Assembly: GCA_039208735.1 (NCBI GenBank)
Contig: JBCCQY010000057.1
Location: 1 to 47,332 of the forward strand
DNA length: 47,332 nt
From: Myxococcota bacterium
Lineage (GTDB): Bacteria; Myxococcota_A; UBA796; GCA-2862545
Direction: 5' to 3'
The translations under genes and the position numbers were made by a program. Below, piece after piece: positions 29,624-39,380 of this stretch. The notes under the pieces are model-generated. The model was not told the DNA's origin. It made no database searches and was given only the letters and a program-made list of their open reading frames with translations. Position 1 is the first letter of the stretch, and each line of letters starts with the position of its first letter.

Positions 29624-30498
29624 TCGCCACTCCGTGTGCGGATCCAGGGCAGGTCATCAGCGAACGTGATTTCGACGTCTCCCACCACCCGATAGCTATG
29701 TAGGGCCGGCACGAAGTCCGACAGCCCACGAACGGCGAGTCCCTTCAGCAGATGTCGAAGACGAGAGGCCCACGTACGTACCCGACCCGCCTGCGCCTCG
29801 GGATCATCTAAGGCAGATGGTACCGACCACCCCAGCTCACCCGCAGATGCGGCAGCAACAACCACGTGGGGCGGTGCTCCAGGATGCCTTACCAACGCGC
29901 ATAAGGCGGCGCCGAGCACATCGGAAAGCTGGATCGAGAACTGTTCTCCGTGAACATCGAAAACGTGGTAGGTCCAGCCGCGAGAGCACCGATGGAGTTC
30001 CGCTCGTGCATTGGTCGCGTCTGCCTTTGTCACACGAAGCAGCTCCTTATAGGACGCCTTTTGCATGAACGTTGACGAGCCGTGCCTCAGGAGGCGACGT
30101 AGCCTGGGAATCTCGACCGGCATTCCGTGAACTCGCAATCGATCGTCTGGGCGCTCCACACACAACCATGCCGTGACCGACCAGAGAGCACGGGAGGACA
30201 GTGGGCCATCGAGCACGAGGTCGATGCTCACGCCCGCAGGGAGCGTTTCGGTCCACTCGCGAAGCCGAGAGAATGCGGTATCGGGCTCCGACACAGCAAT
30301 AACTCGGGTGTGTGGACCCATTCCGTCTGACCGCGGTGGAGGCCAACCTCCGCACCAAATTGCTTCCGCGTTCGTTAGTGCCGCCGCTTCTGCGCCACAC
30401 CACACGTCGATGGCGTACAGATGGTCAGATGAATCCACAAGTGGATTCGCCAGTCCCTTCGGCTCTTCGGTCACCCACACCACAACCCTCGACTGCAT
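29620..30498 (-). CDS. Hypothetical protein, possible C-terminal winged-helix regulator domain
   Basis: 292-aa ORF overlapping the TIGR02147 start by 4 nt; C-terminal VRTWASRLRHLL...SYRV resembles a wHTH effector (weak). Confidence 0.55.
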   Translation of the reverse strand: MQSRVVVWVTEEPKGLANPLVDSSDHLYAIDVWCGAEAAALTNAEAIWCGGWPPPRSDGMGPHTRVIAVSEPDTAFSRLREWTETLPAGVSIDLVLDGPLSSRALWSVTAWLCVERPDDRLRVHGMPVEIPRLRRLLRHGSSTFMQKASYKELLRVTKADATNARAELHRCSRGWTYHVFDVHGEQFSIQLSDVLGAALCALVRHPGAPPHVVVAAASAGELGWSVPSALDDPEAQAGRVRTWASRLRHLLKGLAVRGLSDFVPALHSYRVVGDVEITFADDLPWIRTRSGE

Positions 30499-30550
30499 CG
30501 CATCCTCCGTACCGTGGTGGTACCGAAGGCCAACGTCCGCGCGCGTCGCG

Positions 30551-31528
30551 TCACCTCGTGTCGCGCAGTGCCGACTCGTGGATCTCCCGCACCTGTTCGG
30601 CGAGAGCAGGTGGCGTCATCACCCTCGCAAAACCTCCGTATCCAGCGACCCAACGGGCAAGTTCGATGGTGCCCGCCATGTGCCAGGTGAAGAGACGTCC
30701 CCACGGGGTCGCTTCGCTTCGCTGCGTGTAGTGCCACAGGCGCTCTTCAATGAGGTACGCAATGTCCCGATGAAACTCGACCTGGATTTTCCGGGTGTCG
30801 TCATTGAAGACCCCGAATCCACGGCGCGTGAGATCGGTTGGATCGAACGTCGGATCAGGTTCGAAAACCTCGTCGAGAATGGTGAGTTCGACGATTCGAG
30901 GAATGGCAAACGTGCGTTTCTCTCCCGTGAGGTGGTCGTGCGCGACGATGTACATGACGCCGTGGGCTTGCCACAGCAGATAGGGGTCGAGGACACGTTC
31001 GCACAACCCTCTCCGAACGGAGCGGTAGTACATGCGAACTCTGCGTTGCTGATTGATCGCTTCCGACATCTCCTGAACGTGGCGGTAGTGAAGGTCCTCC
31101 ATCATGACGCGGGGCTTGGGTGTCGTCTGGATGAATGGCTTTAGGCGCTCGACGAACTGACGCTGAGCCTCGGGCATCATGGCCCGCGTTCTGCTGAACA
31201 CGTCTTGAAGCGCGCCAGCCATGGGCGCTCGCCTCGTAGACTCTTCCGCCAGGAGCAGCGCGACCATTTCGGTCGTAGACATCGCGAGTTGGGGTTGCGC
31301 ACCCACACCGCTATTTTCGAGTCGATATCGATCGTCGGCATCCCTTCGAATCCGAAAGCCGACGTCATCGCGAAGCATCTTGACGTCGCGTTGAACCGTG
31401 CGACGGGAGCACGGCCCGTTTTCGTCTTCCAGAAATTGGTGCAGCTCGGTCAGCGTATGGCCACGTCGACTCCGATCGAGCTTTTGCAGGAGCAACCACT
31501 GCCGTCGCATGGTGGCTTGTTGGGACAT
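30551..31528 (-). CDS. HTH-WYL-WCX transcriptional regulator (PafB/C-like)
   Basis: SRRTVQRDVKML (HTH), ERVLDPYLLW...MYIVAHD...RTFAIPRI (WYL), ARWVAGYGGFARVMTPPALAEQV (WCX). Confidence 0.92.
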   Translation of the reverse strand: MSQQATMRRQWLLLQKLDRSRRGHTLTELHQFLEDENGPCSRRTVQRDVKMLRDDVGFRIRRDADDRYRLENSGVGAQPQLAMSTTEMVALLLAEESTRRAPMAGALQDVFSRTRAMMPEAQRQFVERLKPFIQTTPKPRVMMEDLHYRHVQEMSEAINQQRRVRMYYRSVRRGLCERVLDPYLLWQAHGVMYIVAHDHLTGEKRTFAIPRIVELTILDEVFEPDPTFDPTDLTRRGFGVFNDDTRKIQVEFHRDIAYLIEERLWHYTQRSEATPWGRLFTWHMAGTIELARWVAGYGGFARVMTPPALAEQVREIHESALRDTR

Positions 31529-31699
31529 CGATGAGCCCTCTCGCTTGGTGCTGCAAGGATGTGCAGGAGTTTGCCATCCTTACCAAGCTGGGACCCGCGT
31601 GCTCGGGCCTAGATTCACAGCCCCAACATCTGGACCCCTGCGTCGAAGTCGGGGAAACCGATCGCACCAGGCGAGAACCCGTTGTTGACGAGCCCTCGT

Positions 31700-31915
31700 C
31701 TTCGGACCAGATCGGAGTCAGCACTCACTATTGAGCGAGTGTTGCTCGCGCCGCGCGCTCCGATGAGCAGGGCATGCACGCAAGACCCGACCCCGAGGCC
31801 TTCTCGTGTTTGCCCCTCGTCCTCGCGACCATGGGGTCGGTCGTCCTGCTATTTTCGTTGCTGTGCACGGGCGTCATGACCGTGCTCGGCAGCTCGCTCG
31901 CCACCGGCGGTTGAA
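31700..31915 (+). repeat. 216-bp direct repeat, right copy (contains the 46-aa ORF copy 2 at 31774-31914)
   Basis: Matches 15733-15948, including the lipoxygenase-like 3' end SDQIGVSTHY*. Confidence 0.95.
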
Positions 31916-31919
31916 CAAG

Positions 31920-32756
31920 CACCTGACCGCGTCCCACCAGATGGCCCTCGCATCATTCGCGAGGTGGAAGGCAGGCCAACCCCCTTCGCAGCGCCAAACC
32001 TCGGTTGGCGCCGTTGCCCCCGGGGCGAGTTCGAGGATCGACTCCTTGGAGTTTATGGCGTCGTACGATCCCCAGGCCACAGTGCCGTCAGGCAGCTCGA
32101 TCAAGGCATGATGGTGGCCCGGGACGTCGAGCTTCTCGATCTCCTATCGAGTTAGCTGCGGTGAGCGACGGATTCTTCGCCAAAGCTCGCTACCTCGTCC
32201 CAAAGCAGGGCGTTGCCCGTAACCGAGACTTGGGCGTAGAGGATCCACCGATTGGGGAGGGTCTTGGTGGCCCATACCGGCCGTCCCGCTCGGTCGATGA
32301 TCATCAACCAGTAGTTACCCCCACACCAGCTACAAGCCTCTTGGTTGATCGAGACCAGAATGTACGGAGCCGTGGGCTCGTGTTGTTTCGGGTCCGAGGC
32401 GATCACGGTCGGCAGTGGCATGCCACGCGGAATCGACTGTTCGATCGGCCGAGCACTATCCACTGCCAATGAGCCGTCCGTGGAGACAATTCGCCAATCT
32501 GAGGTCTCACCGAGCGGAATGCCCATGACGGTTTTTACGTTAGGGCCAGCCTTGCCCGCGATATCCGGGGTGGTCTGCCACTCACCATCGACCAGGTACT
32601 CAACCCGAACATCGGCTTCGGTCGTCTGCTCCCACGACACTTCGACCGGGCCTTCATAGCGTTCATGCAGTTCGTGCTGAAGGTTTCGATGTCAAGCGAG
32701 GTAGCACTGCAGCCACCACCCATGCCAATCATGACGAATCAGCAAAGTCTTGACAT
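31920..32756 (-). pseudogene. Disrupted arylsulfotransferase-like lipoprotein
   Basis: VSWEQTTEADVRVEY...GGNYWLMIIDRAGRPVW...HHALIELPDGTVAWG; in-frame stops and frameshifts; 3' part ends at the direct repeat. Confidence 0.5.
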
Positions 32757-32909
32757 TTCTTCCCCCCGCGCCTGTATCTCCAGGGGCTGCCACTGGCCAA
32801 GGACTTGGCTTGCAGTAGCTTGCAGCGCAGGGGCTATCCGACCCATCGATGGTGAACCCGCCTGACCAGGTCTGCCAAGCGGGTAGCCCGCTAGGTTTGG
32901 CTGGGGCGG

Positions 32910-32988
32910 GATCGAGCCTCGGGAGCAGGAAGTCGTAGGTTCGAATCCTGCCACTCGACACATAACTTCCGCCTTGAGCCTGGCTCCC
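32910..32988 (+). repeat. att-like element copy E: tRNA-Pro 3' half (32916-32959) plus a downstream flank shared with copy A
   Basis: GATCGAGCCTCGGGAGCAGGAAGTCGTAGGTTCGAATCCTGCCACTCGAC...CTTCCGCCTTGAGCCTGGCTCC, vs copy A CTTCCGGCGTTGAGCCTGGCTCC. Confidence 0.8.
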
Positions 32989-33153
32989 TCACGAGTGCCG
33001 GGCTACGGTCGTTGACGGGATTGCGCTGAAGGGGCGCGTACGAAGCTCCCATCAATCCCGCCGTGAGGCCATCCTGGCCCACATCGGAAGCAGGCACGTC
33101 TTCCTGCACGACGCCTCTGGAGACAGGGGCACCACATCGAGAAATCCTGAACT

Positions 33154-33411
33154 ATGTCCAATAAGCTCTTCGTCGGTGGTCTCTCCTGGGACACCACGGA
33201 CCAGTCGCTCGCCTCCGCCTTCTCTGCATACGGAGAGGTCACCGAGGCCAAGGTCATCACCGACCGAGACACCGGTAGATCGCGAGGCTTCGGTTTCGTG
33301 ACGTTTGCCAACGCGGCCGATGCACAAACTGCGATTCACACCATGGATTCGAGCCAGCTCGATGGCCGATCCATCCGCGTTTCCGAGGCGAACGAGCGCC
33401 CGCGTCGGTAG
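33154..33411 (+). CDS. RRM RNA-binding protein
   Basis: KLFVGGL (RNP2) and RSRGFGFVTF (RNP1). Confidence 0.95.
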   Translation: MSNKLFVGGLSWDTTDQSLASAFSAYGEVTEAKVITDRDTGRSRGFGFVTFANAADAQTAIHTMDSSQLDGRSIRVSEANERPRR

Positions 33412-33439
33412 GTCCGACGATAGCGAGCAGAGGCGACTC

Positions 33440-34102
33440 GGGCTGCCCCGTGAGGAGGGGGTCCGGGTCCGTTACCAGACACTGGACTTTCGAGGGCTCG
33501 ACCTGCACATCCGGAGTCTGCGCGATCGAAACCAGTTTTCGGATCCCGTGGGAGCCGCGGCGGCAGTGGGGATTTCGTCAGCTAGCTGGCCGATGTTCGG
33601 TTACCTGTGGGACTCGGGGATCGTACTGGCCGACTTGATGCTCGACCAACCGATCGAGGGCCTCCGATTCCTCGAGGTAGGCTGTGGGCTTGCGCTCGGC
33701 AGTATTGTGCTTAGCCTCCGTGGGGCCGACATCACGGCGACGGATCAGCACCCAGAAGCGTCGAGCTTCTTGGAGGCGAACGTCGCCCTAAATGGTGGAC
33801 CGCCCATCCCGTTTCGCAGGGCCGGTTGGACTGAGATGCACGGCGGTGGCGGAACCTTCGACGTCATCATTGGCAGCGACGTGCTCTACGAGCAACAGCA
33901 TCCCGAGGCACTTTCGGGGCTCGTCGCGCGCCACGCAGCACCAAGCGCGCAGGTGATCATCGTTGACCCGGGGCGCCGGCACATCGGCAGTTTTGTTCGG
34001 CTCATGACGGAGTACGGATGGGCAGCCGACCGTAGCGTGGCTCCATCTACCGCTCCGCTCGAGGGACGAAGCACAGGACATCTGCTTCGGTTCGAGCGGT
34101 AG
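33440..34102 (+). CDS. Class I SAM methyltransferase (Methyltransf_16-like); start uncertain
   Basis: WPMFGYLWDSG, FLEVGCGLALGS, FDVIIGSDVLYE, IVDPGR. No clear in-frame start just before VRVRYQT. Confidence 0.8.
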   Translation, partial: GLPREEGVRVRYQTLDFRGLDLHIRSLRDRNQFSDPVGAAAAVGISSASWPMFGYLWDSGIVLADLMLDQPIEGLRFLEVGCGLALGSIVLSLRGADITATDQHPEASSFLEANVALNGGPPIPFRRAGWTEMHGGGGTFDVIIGSDVLYEQQHPEALSGLVARHAAPSAQVIIVDPGRRHIGSFVRLMTEYGWAADRSVAPSTAPLEGRSTGHLLRFER

Positions 34103-34262
34103 GAGTCGCGCATTTGCGGCCGTGGCGTGACCTCATGGAACGGCTCGGCACGCAGGGGAAGCGAGTTGTCTCTTCCCGGGTGGTCTGACACAAGCTGGCA
34201 CAGGCCAGTGACCAGCTTCTTCCTACCTGTTCTGCAGGCAACGCGAACGCCTGGAGTACAAG

Positions 34263-34643
34263 ATGTTCAAGAAGATGCTCGCCATTGGTTTTCTGCTCGC
34301 GACGGTTGGCGGCTCGTCCGCGAATGCTCAGGACACGGGAGACACCCATCAGCAGCGCGGATGGGATTCTGCCGCACTCGACCTGATCGACGAGGCGTTT
34401 CGCATCCTCGAACAGGATCGACGGTCCGAAACGCCCGCGCTCGACCTCATCGATGAGGCGTTTCGCATCCTTGAGCAGTCCAACCCGCGGGCCGACGAAG
34501 ACGCCGTGCTGGCGTCCCTAGACGAGGCCCTTCAGGTCCTGGAGACGCAGCAGGATTCGGCCCGGCACAGCGCCGCCCTCCGCCTGATCCATGAGGCCTT
34601 CATCGCCTTGGGCTGCAATTGGCAGGGCTTCGATTGCGACTAA
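34263..34643 (+). CDS. Secreted small helical-repeat protein
   Basis: Signal peptide; ALDLIDEAFRILEQ twice plus two degenerate copies; GGAG RBS. Confidence 0.7.
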   Translation: MFKKMLAIGFLLATVGGSSANAQDTGDTHQQRGWDSAALDLIDEAFRILEQDRRSETPALDLIDEAFRILEQSNPRADEDAVLASLDEALQVLETQQDSARHSAALRLIHEAFIALGCNWQGFDCD

Positions 34644-34804
34644 TCAGCTTGCAGGAGTGGAGCGACGAAAGCTGACCGCGTGAGCCTGCAACGCGTAGCG
34701 CCGAAGGCCAGCGGTGATCAGCGGCAAGGAAGCTTGCGCGAATCTGATCAGCGCCGCCCAGCGCAGCATCGACCGGCACGTGGCCCTCGAGGTCCGCACG
34801 TCCG

Positions 34805-35023
34805 GTGACCTACCCCGACACCGTCAGGGCCCGAACCGGCATCCGTCGCCTGGGCAACACCTCGTACGTCATGGCGTATGAAGTGTGGTCGGAGGCACAG
34901 CAGGCGGTCGTTGGCGAGGGGGAAGGGGTCATCGTTCAGGTGGACTACGGTTCGGGAGAGAAGGTTGCGCTGGACAAAGCCTTGCGTGACTGGCTGTCCG
35001 CCTTCATCGCCCCTGGCGGTTGA
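34805..35023 (+). pseudogene. Acyl-CoA thioesterase (4HBT-like) C-terminal fragment
   Basis: VTYPDTVRARTGIRRLGNTSYVMAYEVWS...GEGVIVQVDY; N-terminal half missing. Confidence 0.65.
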
Positions 35024-36296
35024 CCACCCACACCGGGCCGTCGGGTCGGAGGGTGGCCGCTGGCGAGGTCTGAATCGTTTGGCCCATCTTCAGCTCGACA
35101 TCGACCTTAGGCACCATGGTGGCCAACACGAGGCGGGCCTCGAGCTGCGCAAAGTGGGCTCCGATGCACTTGTGCTGCCCCGATCCGAACGGCGCGAAGG
35201 GCAGCTCGGGAAACGCCTGCCCCTGAACGCCGCCGACCTCAGGGGTCCGCAGCCACCGGCCGGGATCGAAGCCTTCGGGATGGGGCCAGAAGTCGGGGTC
35301 GTGCTGCATGGTGTGAAACGCAAGGAGCAGCGTCGTTCCTGCTGAAACTTCAAAGGGAGCTTCGCCGTCGACCTGCAGCATCGCAGGTTCGGTCGCGGTG
35401 CGCACGGTGGCCCAAACGGGGGGAAACCGTCGCATGGACTCAGAGATGACGGCATCGGTCCACGGAAGGGCGCCCGAGGCCAGGGCGGCTGGGTACCGCA
35501 ACAGGTGCACCCACGCCCACGTGAGCGCGTTGGCGGTCGTCTTGTGGGCGGCGAGGAGCATGGTCACGACCTCGTCGCGAACCGCTTCATCGTCGAGCCC
35601 ACAGTGCAACCACAGGTGCAGTAGGTCCTCGCCGTCGGAGCCCCGGGCTCTTCGTCGTTCCACAAGCCTTGCCACCACCGCATCGAGCTTGGTGATGGCC
35701 TTGCGGTACGCCACCGCCGGACCAACGGGGAAAACCTCAGGTCGGGCGACGGGTTGGGTCACCATGCGCCGGAAGTTTTCGAGGATGCTCTGCAGCGCAG
35801 CATCAACCTCCGAAGCATCTTCGGCGAGGTCGTCGTCGAACAACGTGCGAGCTGCGATGTCGAGGGCGAGGTGCATCATCGACTGATGAAGGTCGATGGG
35901 CCCGGAGGCCCTACGCCACCGCTCGGCCAGGGCGAGGCTCGCCTCGTGCATGACGGTTGCGTAGACCGCGAGTCGGGGCCGTCGGAACGCAGGTTGAGCG
36001 ATGCGCCGCCGCGAACGCCACTTGGTCCCTTCCGAGGTGAGGAGGCCATTACCGAGGAGCGTACGGGCGACGCGCTGCGCTCGGGCACTTTTGTCAAACC
36101 GGTTCGGATGTTGCAGCACGTGGTGGATGGCCGAGGCGTCGAATACGGCCACCACGTTGAAGGGCCCAAGTTCGAGGGGCACAATGCGACCGCGGCTTCG
36201 TTCCTTTCGCAGGAACGCAAGGGGGTCGTTGCGGACCGCCCAGAGGTTTGTGACCCGCCTTCCCAACCCACGTAGACGTTCCGCCGTTTGGATCAC
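35004..36296 (-). CDS. Cytochrome P450
   Basis: GNGLLTSEG, W..RRRIAQPAF, ExxR (ESMR), HPEGFDPGRW, heme motif PFGSGQHKCIG. Start approximate (ORF open to 36422). Confidence 0.9.
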   Translation of the reverse strand: MIQTAERLRGLGRRVTNLWAVRNDPLAFLRKERSRGRIVPLELGPFNVVAVFDASAIHHVLQHPNRFDKSARAQRVARTLLGNGLLTSEGTKWRSRRRIAQPAFRRPRLAVYATVMHEASLALAERWRRASGPIDLHQSMMHLALDIAARTLFDDDLAEDASEVDAALQSILENFRRMVTQPVARPEVFPVGPAVAYRKAITKLDAVVARLVERRRARGSDGEDLLHLWLHCGLDDEAVRDEVVTMLLAAHKTTANALTWAWVHLLRYPAALASGALPWTDAVISESMRRFPPVWATVRTATEPAMLQVDGEAPFEVSAGTTLLLAFHTMQHDPDFWPHPEGFDPGRWLRTPEVGGVQGQAFPELPFAPFGSGQHKCIGAHFAQLEARLVLATMVPKVDVELKMGQTIQTSPAATLRPDGPVWVVNRQGR

Positions 36297-36415
36297 GAGT
36301 TCTCCCGTCCTTATCGCCGCGGACCAGCGTAAGCGCCCAAGTTTGCTCAGTGATGGAGAGGGCCGAACGGTCTTTGACGTAGACTCCGTGAAACACGGCC
36401 ACAAGAGGAGTCGCC

Positions 36416-37267
36416 ATGTCATTCACGGTGTTGTACCACTGGCGTCTTCATCCCGGGCGCTCCGAAGCGTTTGCGGCAGCATGGTCCCGGGGCACCCACC
36501 TCATCCACCGTTGGTGCGGTAGTTTCGGAGCGCGGCTCCACTTTAGCGGCGATCACGCCTGGTCGTATGCACGCTGGCCTTCGGCCGATGCACGCACGCG
36601 CTGCTTCGAGCGTCCCGAGGTTCAGGACGACCCGTCGTTTCCGGAGATGCAAGCTTGCATCTCTGAGCACTTCGATGAAATCGTACTCGACATTGTCGAT
36701 GACCAGCTTCGGGAACCCAGAAACGTCGTTCACCCTTTGCTCACGTTGACCACCGAGCGGCTGCGATTGCGTCCCATGCGCATCGAGGACGCCTGGTCGC
36801 TGCACGCCGCGTTCTCCGACGCGACACAGATGCGGTATTGGAGCGGAGACGTCCACTCTTCCATGGAGGAGACGCTCGCCGCAATCGAATCCGACGTGGG
36901 CAATCGGGATGTGCAGGCGTTTTCGATCACCAGGCTTCAGGACCCCGACGATGCGCTAGGCAAGGTTGTGCTCATGGACCGGCGGCCAGATGTCGTCGAG
37001 ATCGGCTTCTTTTTGCGGCCCGACAGCCAAAGGCAAGGCTACGCGCTTGAGGCCGTCAAGGCCGTGGTGGCGCACGCGTTCAACACGCGTGGCGTACGCA
37101 GGATCTACGCCGATACCGATCCGGACAACACGGCGTCCATCCGGCTCCTTCAATCGGCCGGATTCCAGGAGGAAGGACGGTTACGGGCGCAGTGGCACAC
37201 CCACATCGGCATCCGCGATTCGCTGATTTTCGGTCGACTCGCTACCGATCGACCAGGCCAGACGTGA
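36416..37267 (+). CDS. ABM-like domain fused to a RimJ/RimL GNAT acetyltransferase
   Basis: N-terminal VLYHWRLHPG...YARWPS; C-terminal LTTERLRLRP...EIGFFL...QGYALEA...NTASIRLLQSAGFQEEG. Confidence 0.85.
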   Translation: MSFTVLYHWRLHPGRSEAFAAAWSRGTHLIHRWCGSFGARLHFSGDHAWSYARWPSADARTRCFERPEVQDDPSFPEMQACISEHFDEIVLDIVDDQLREPRNVVHPLLTLTTERLRLRPMRIEDAWSLHAAFSDATQMRYWSGDVHSSMEETLAAIESDVGNRDVQAFSITRLQDPDDALGKVVLMDRRPDVVEIGFFLRPDSQRQGYALEAVKAVVAHAFNTRGVRRIYADTDPDNTASIRLLQSAGFQEEGRLRAQWHTHIGIRDSLIFGRLATDRPGQT

Positions 37268-37363
37268 TGACGATGGCCAGCCTTACCCAGCGGTTGCGAA
37301 GCGCAGAAACGACCCGGGACACCGGCAGGGGCGGGCGGCGTCACTCGGGTCCCTGATGCTTGC

Positions 37364-38506
37364 CTACGGGCTAGCCGGCATCGGCATCAGGGCTCGGAGG
37401 CGAGACCCGGTTCGCGCACTCCCGTCCTCTATGCCGGGCTCACCGAGCGCGAGCCCGACCATCACGTCGACGGTCCCCTCTGCATCGTCGCCCGAAGAGG
37501 TCGCGACAGCGGTCATGCCGATGGTGCCTAGCTCGAACTCCTCCATGATCCTATCGTGCAGATCACTGAGCACCTCCTGCGCCGCCGCGGGTCCGGGTTC
37601 GCCCTCGCTTCGTGTTTGAAACACGGCTAGGCAAGGGTATTCTGAGCAGTCGATGTCCACAATCGTGGCCTTGGTGTCGCCGAGTACGGCGCGGATCGTC
37701 TCCTCGAACTGATCGCCGCGCAGCCTGGGCGTCAGGTTGTCGGGCCAGGGACTCTCCACGCCCTCCACGGCCGTCAGCTGACCACGAAGGAAGTCTCGCT
37801 CGAGCGTCAGCTCGCCAAGCTTCTGTTCGAGCGCTTCGAGCCGAGCCGTCGCTTCGGGCCCTGGTCCTGCGGCAGCCCTCGAGCTGGACGCTCGAGCCGG
37901 CGCCGGGCGTGCAGGCCCAGGGGCCGTCCCCGAGAGGGTTCGGGTCTCCCCTTCGCTCAACTCGATCGGTGAACCGTCGTGGCCGGTGATCTGAACCGTT
38001 CCGGCTCCGACCGCTACCGTGACGAGCACCCCTCCTGCGAATCCTGCCAGTCCTTGACGCATGAGTACCTCCTGGTCATACACACGCTGGCCAGGGCGGA
38101 CCGGTTCGACTCGAATCGTTGCTTTTCCATCGACATGGATCGGCAGCCCGCCTGCGACCAGATGCACGTGGCCGGCGACGAGCTGCTCGCCTCGTGTCAT
38201 CTTCAGTTCGGTCGGCGGGGTGGGCCACGCATTCCACAGCGTGAGCAGGGCCATGGCGGCGAGCGCGAGGGCCTGGAACGAAGGCATCCAGCCGCGCCGA
38301 TGGGGGGCGCCGGCCGTGCGCTGGACGAGGGACTCAGGCACTGGCTCGTCCGAGGGCATGGCCTCGAGCTGGTCGACCATGGCCTTCAGGGCGTTCCACA
38401 CGGCGGCCACCTCGGGGTCCGTCGCAATGCGAGCGCGCCATTCCGCAGCTTCCTCATCGGGCAGCTCGCCGTCCAGCAATCGCGAGAGGGCTTCATATCG
38501 ATTCAT
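37364..38506 (-). CDS. Membrane anti-sigma factor
   Basis: EALSRLLDGELP N-terminus, TM segment; coupled to the upstream ECF sigma gene. Confidence 0.75.
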   Translation of the reverse strand: MNRYEALSRLLDGELPDEEAAEWRARIATDPEVAAVWNALKAMVDQLEAMPSDEPVPESLVQRTAGAPHRRGWMPSFQALALAAMALLTLWNAWPTPPTELKMTRGEQLVAGHVHLVAGGLPIHVDGKATIRVEPVRPGQRVYDQEVLMRQGLAGFAGGVLVTVAVGAGTVQITGHDGSPIELSEGETRTLSGTAPGPARPAPARASSSRAAAGPGPEATARLEALEQKLGELTLERDFLRGQLTAVEGVESPWPDNLTPRLRGDQFEETIRAVLGDTKATIVDIDCSEYPCLAVFQTRSEGEPGPAAAQEVLSDLHDRIMEEFELGTIGMTAVATSSGDDAEGTVDVMVGLALGEPGIEDGSARTGSRLRALMPMPASP

Positions 38507-39039
38507 GGGGCCTCCTCGGTGAACCACGCGAGCAGACGTGCACGGATTCGATGGAGCCGCGACTTGACCGTGCCGAGCGCAACGCCCTCGGTGGCGGCAA
38601 TCTGGGTCAAGGGAACCCCCTCGATGTGATGCATGACCACCACCCTACGGGCGTCGTCGGGCAACTTCTGCAACAGGGTTTCCAGCTGTCGGGTGCGTTG
38701 GTGAGACGACAAGCGATCCTCGACGGTGGGGGGCTGGGCTGGGGCCTCGGTGAGGTCGGTGTGCTCGCCCCGCCGCTGTCGCCGTCGATGGCGGTCGATG
38801 AGGTGGCGGTGGGCGACTCGCACGAGCCACGTCCTGAACGAGGCGGGCCCGTCCGGATCGAAGCGATGGAGGTTACGGAACACTTTCTCCCAGATCTCCT
38901 GGAACGCGTCCTCGGGGTCGGGATCGAGGCGTCGACACAAGCCGAGCACGACCGGCCCTTCTTCACGGACCAGGTCGGTGCGGGACCGCTGGTCGGGCGG
39001 GAGGGGCAGGGCTCGCAAGTCGGTAGGGTGAGGTTTCAC
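38503..39039 (-). CDS. ECF RNA polymerase sigma-70 factor
   Basis: EDAFQEIW, FRTWLVRVAHRHLID, IAATEGVALGTVKSRLHR. Confidence 0.92.
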   Translation of the reverse strand: MKPHPTDLRALPLPPDQRSRTDLVREEGPVVLGLCRRLDPDPEDAFQEIWEKVFRNLHRFDPDGPASFRTWLVRVAHRHLIDRHRRRQRRGEHTDLTEAPAQPPTVEDRLSSHQRTRQLETLLQKLPDDARRVVVMHHIEGVPLTQIAATEGVALGTVKSRLHRIRARLLAWFTEEAP

Positions 39040-39380
39040 GGTCGTCTACACGTGGGTCCGAGGGACCGGTTCCCGTTTGGCGCGAAATTTCACCTGACCC
39101 GCAGGGGGAACACGCCGTGAGCCCCGGCTCGGATGGCGCTCGCGCAGGATCTACGGTTTGCGTGTTGCGGCAATGCCGCGAAGACCCAACGCCCGGAATC
39201 GAGGATGAGGATCCCGCGCTGCTCCTGGATCATCCCGAGCGTGCGCAACCTTGAACGCATCGATTTGCGTTGGAACACGCTGCTCCTTTCTCGACCCTGA
39301 ACTCGCCGAGGCGCCTGCCCAATGTCCCTCGATTCAACAGTTGCATGGAGTGAATCCCGATCCGACAGAGACCAAGCACG

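Noticed and set aside
18796..31528. CRISPR-associated transposon (CAST)
   Set aside because: No tnsABC/tniQ genes, and Cas3 with its HD domain and the adaptation genes are present.
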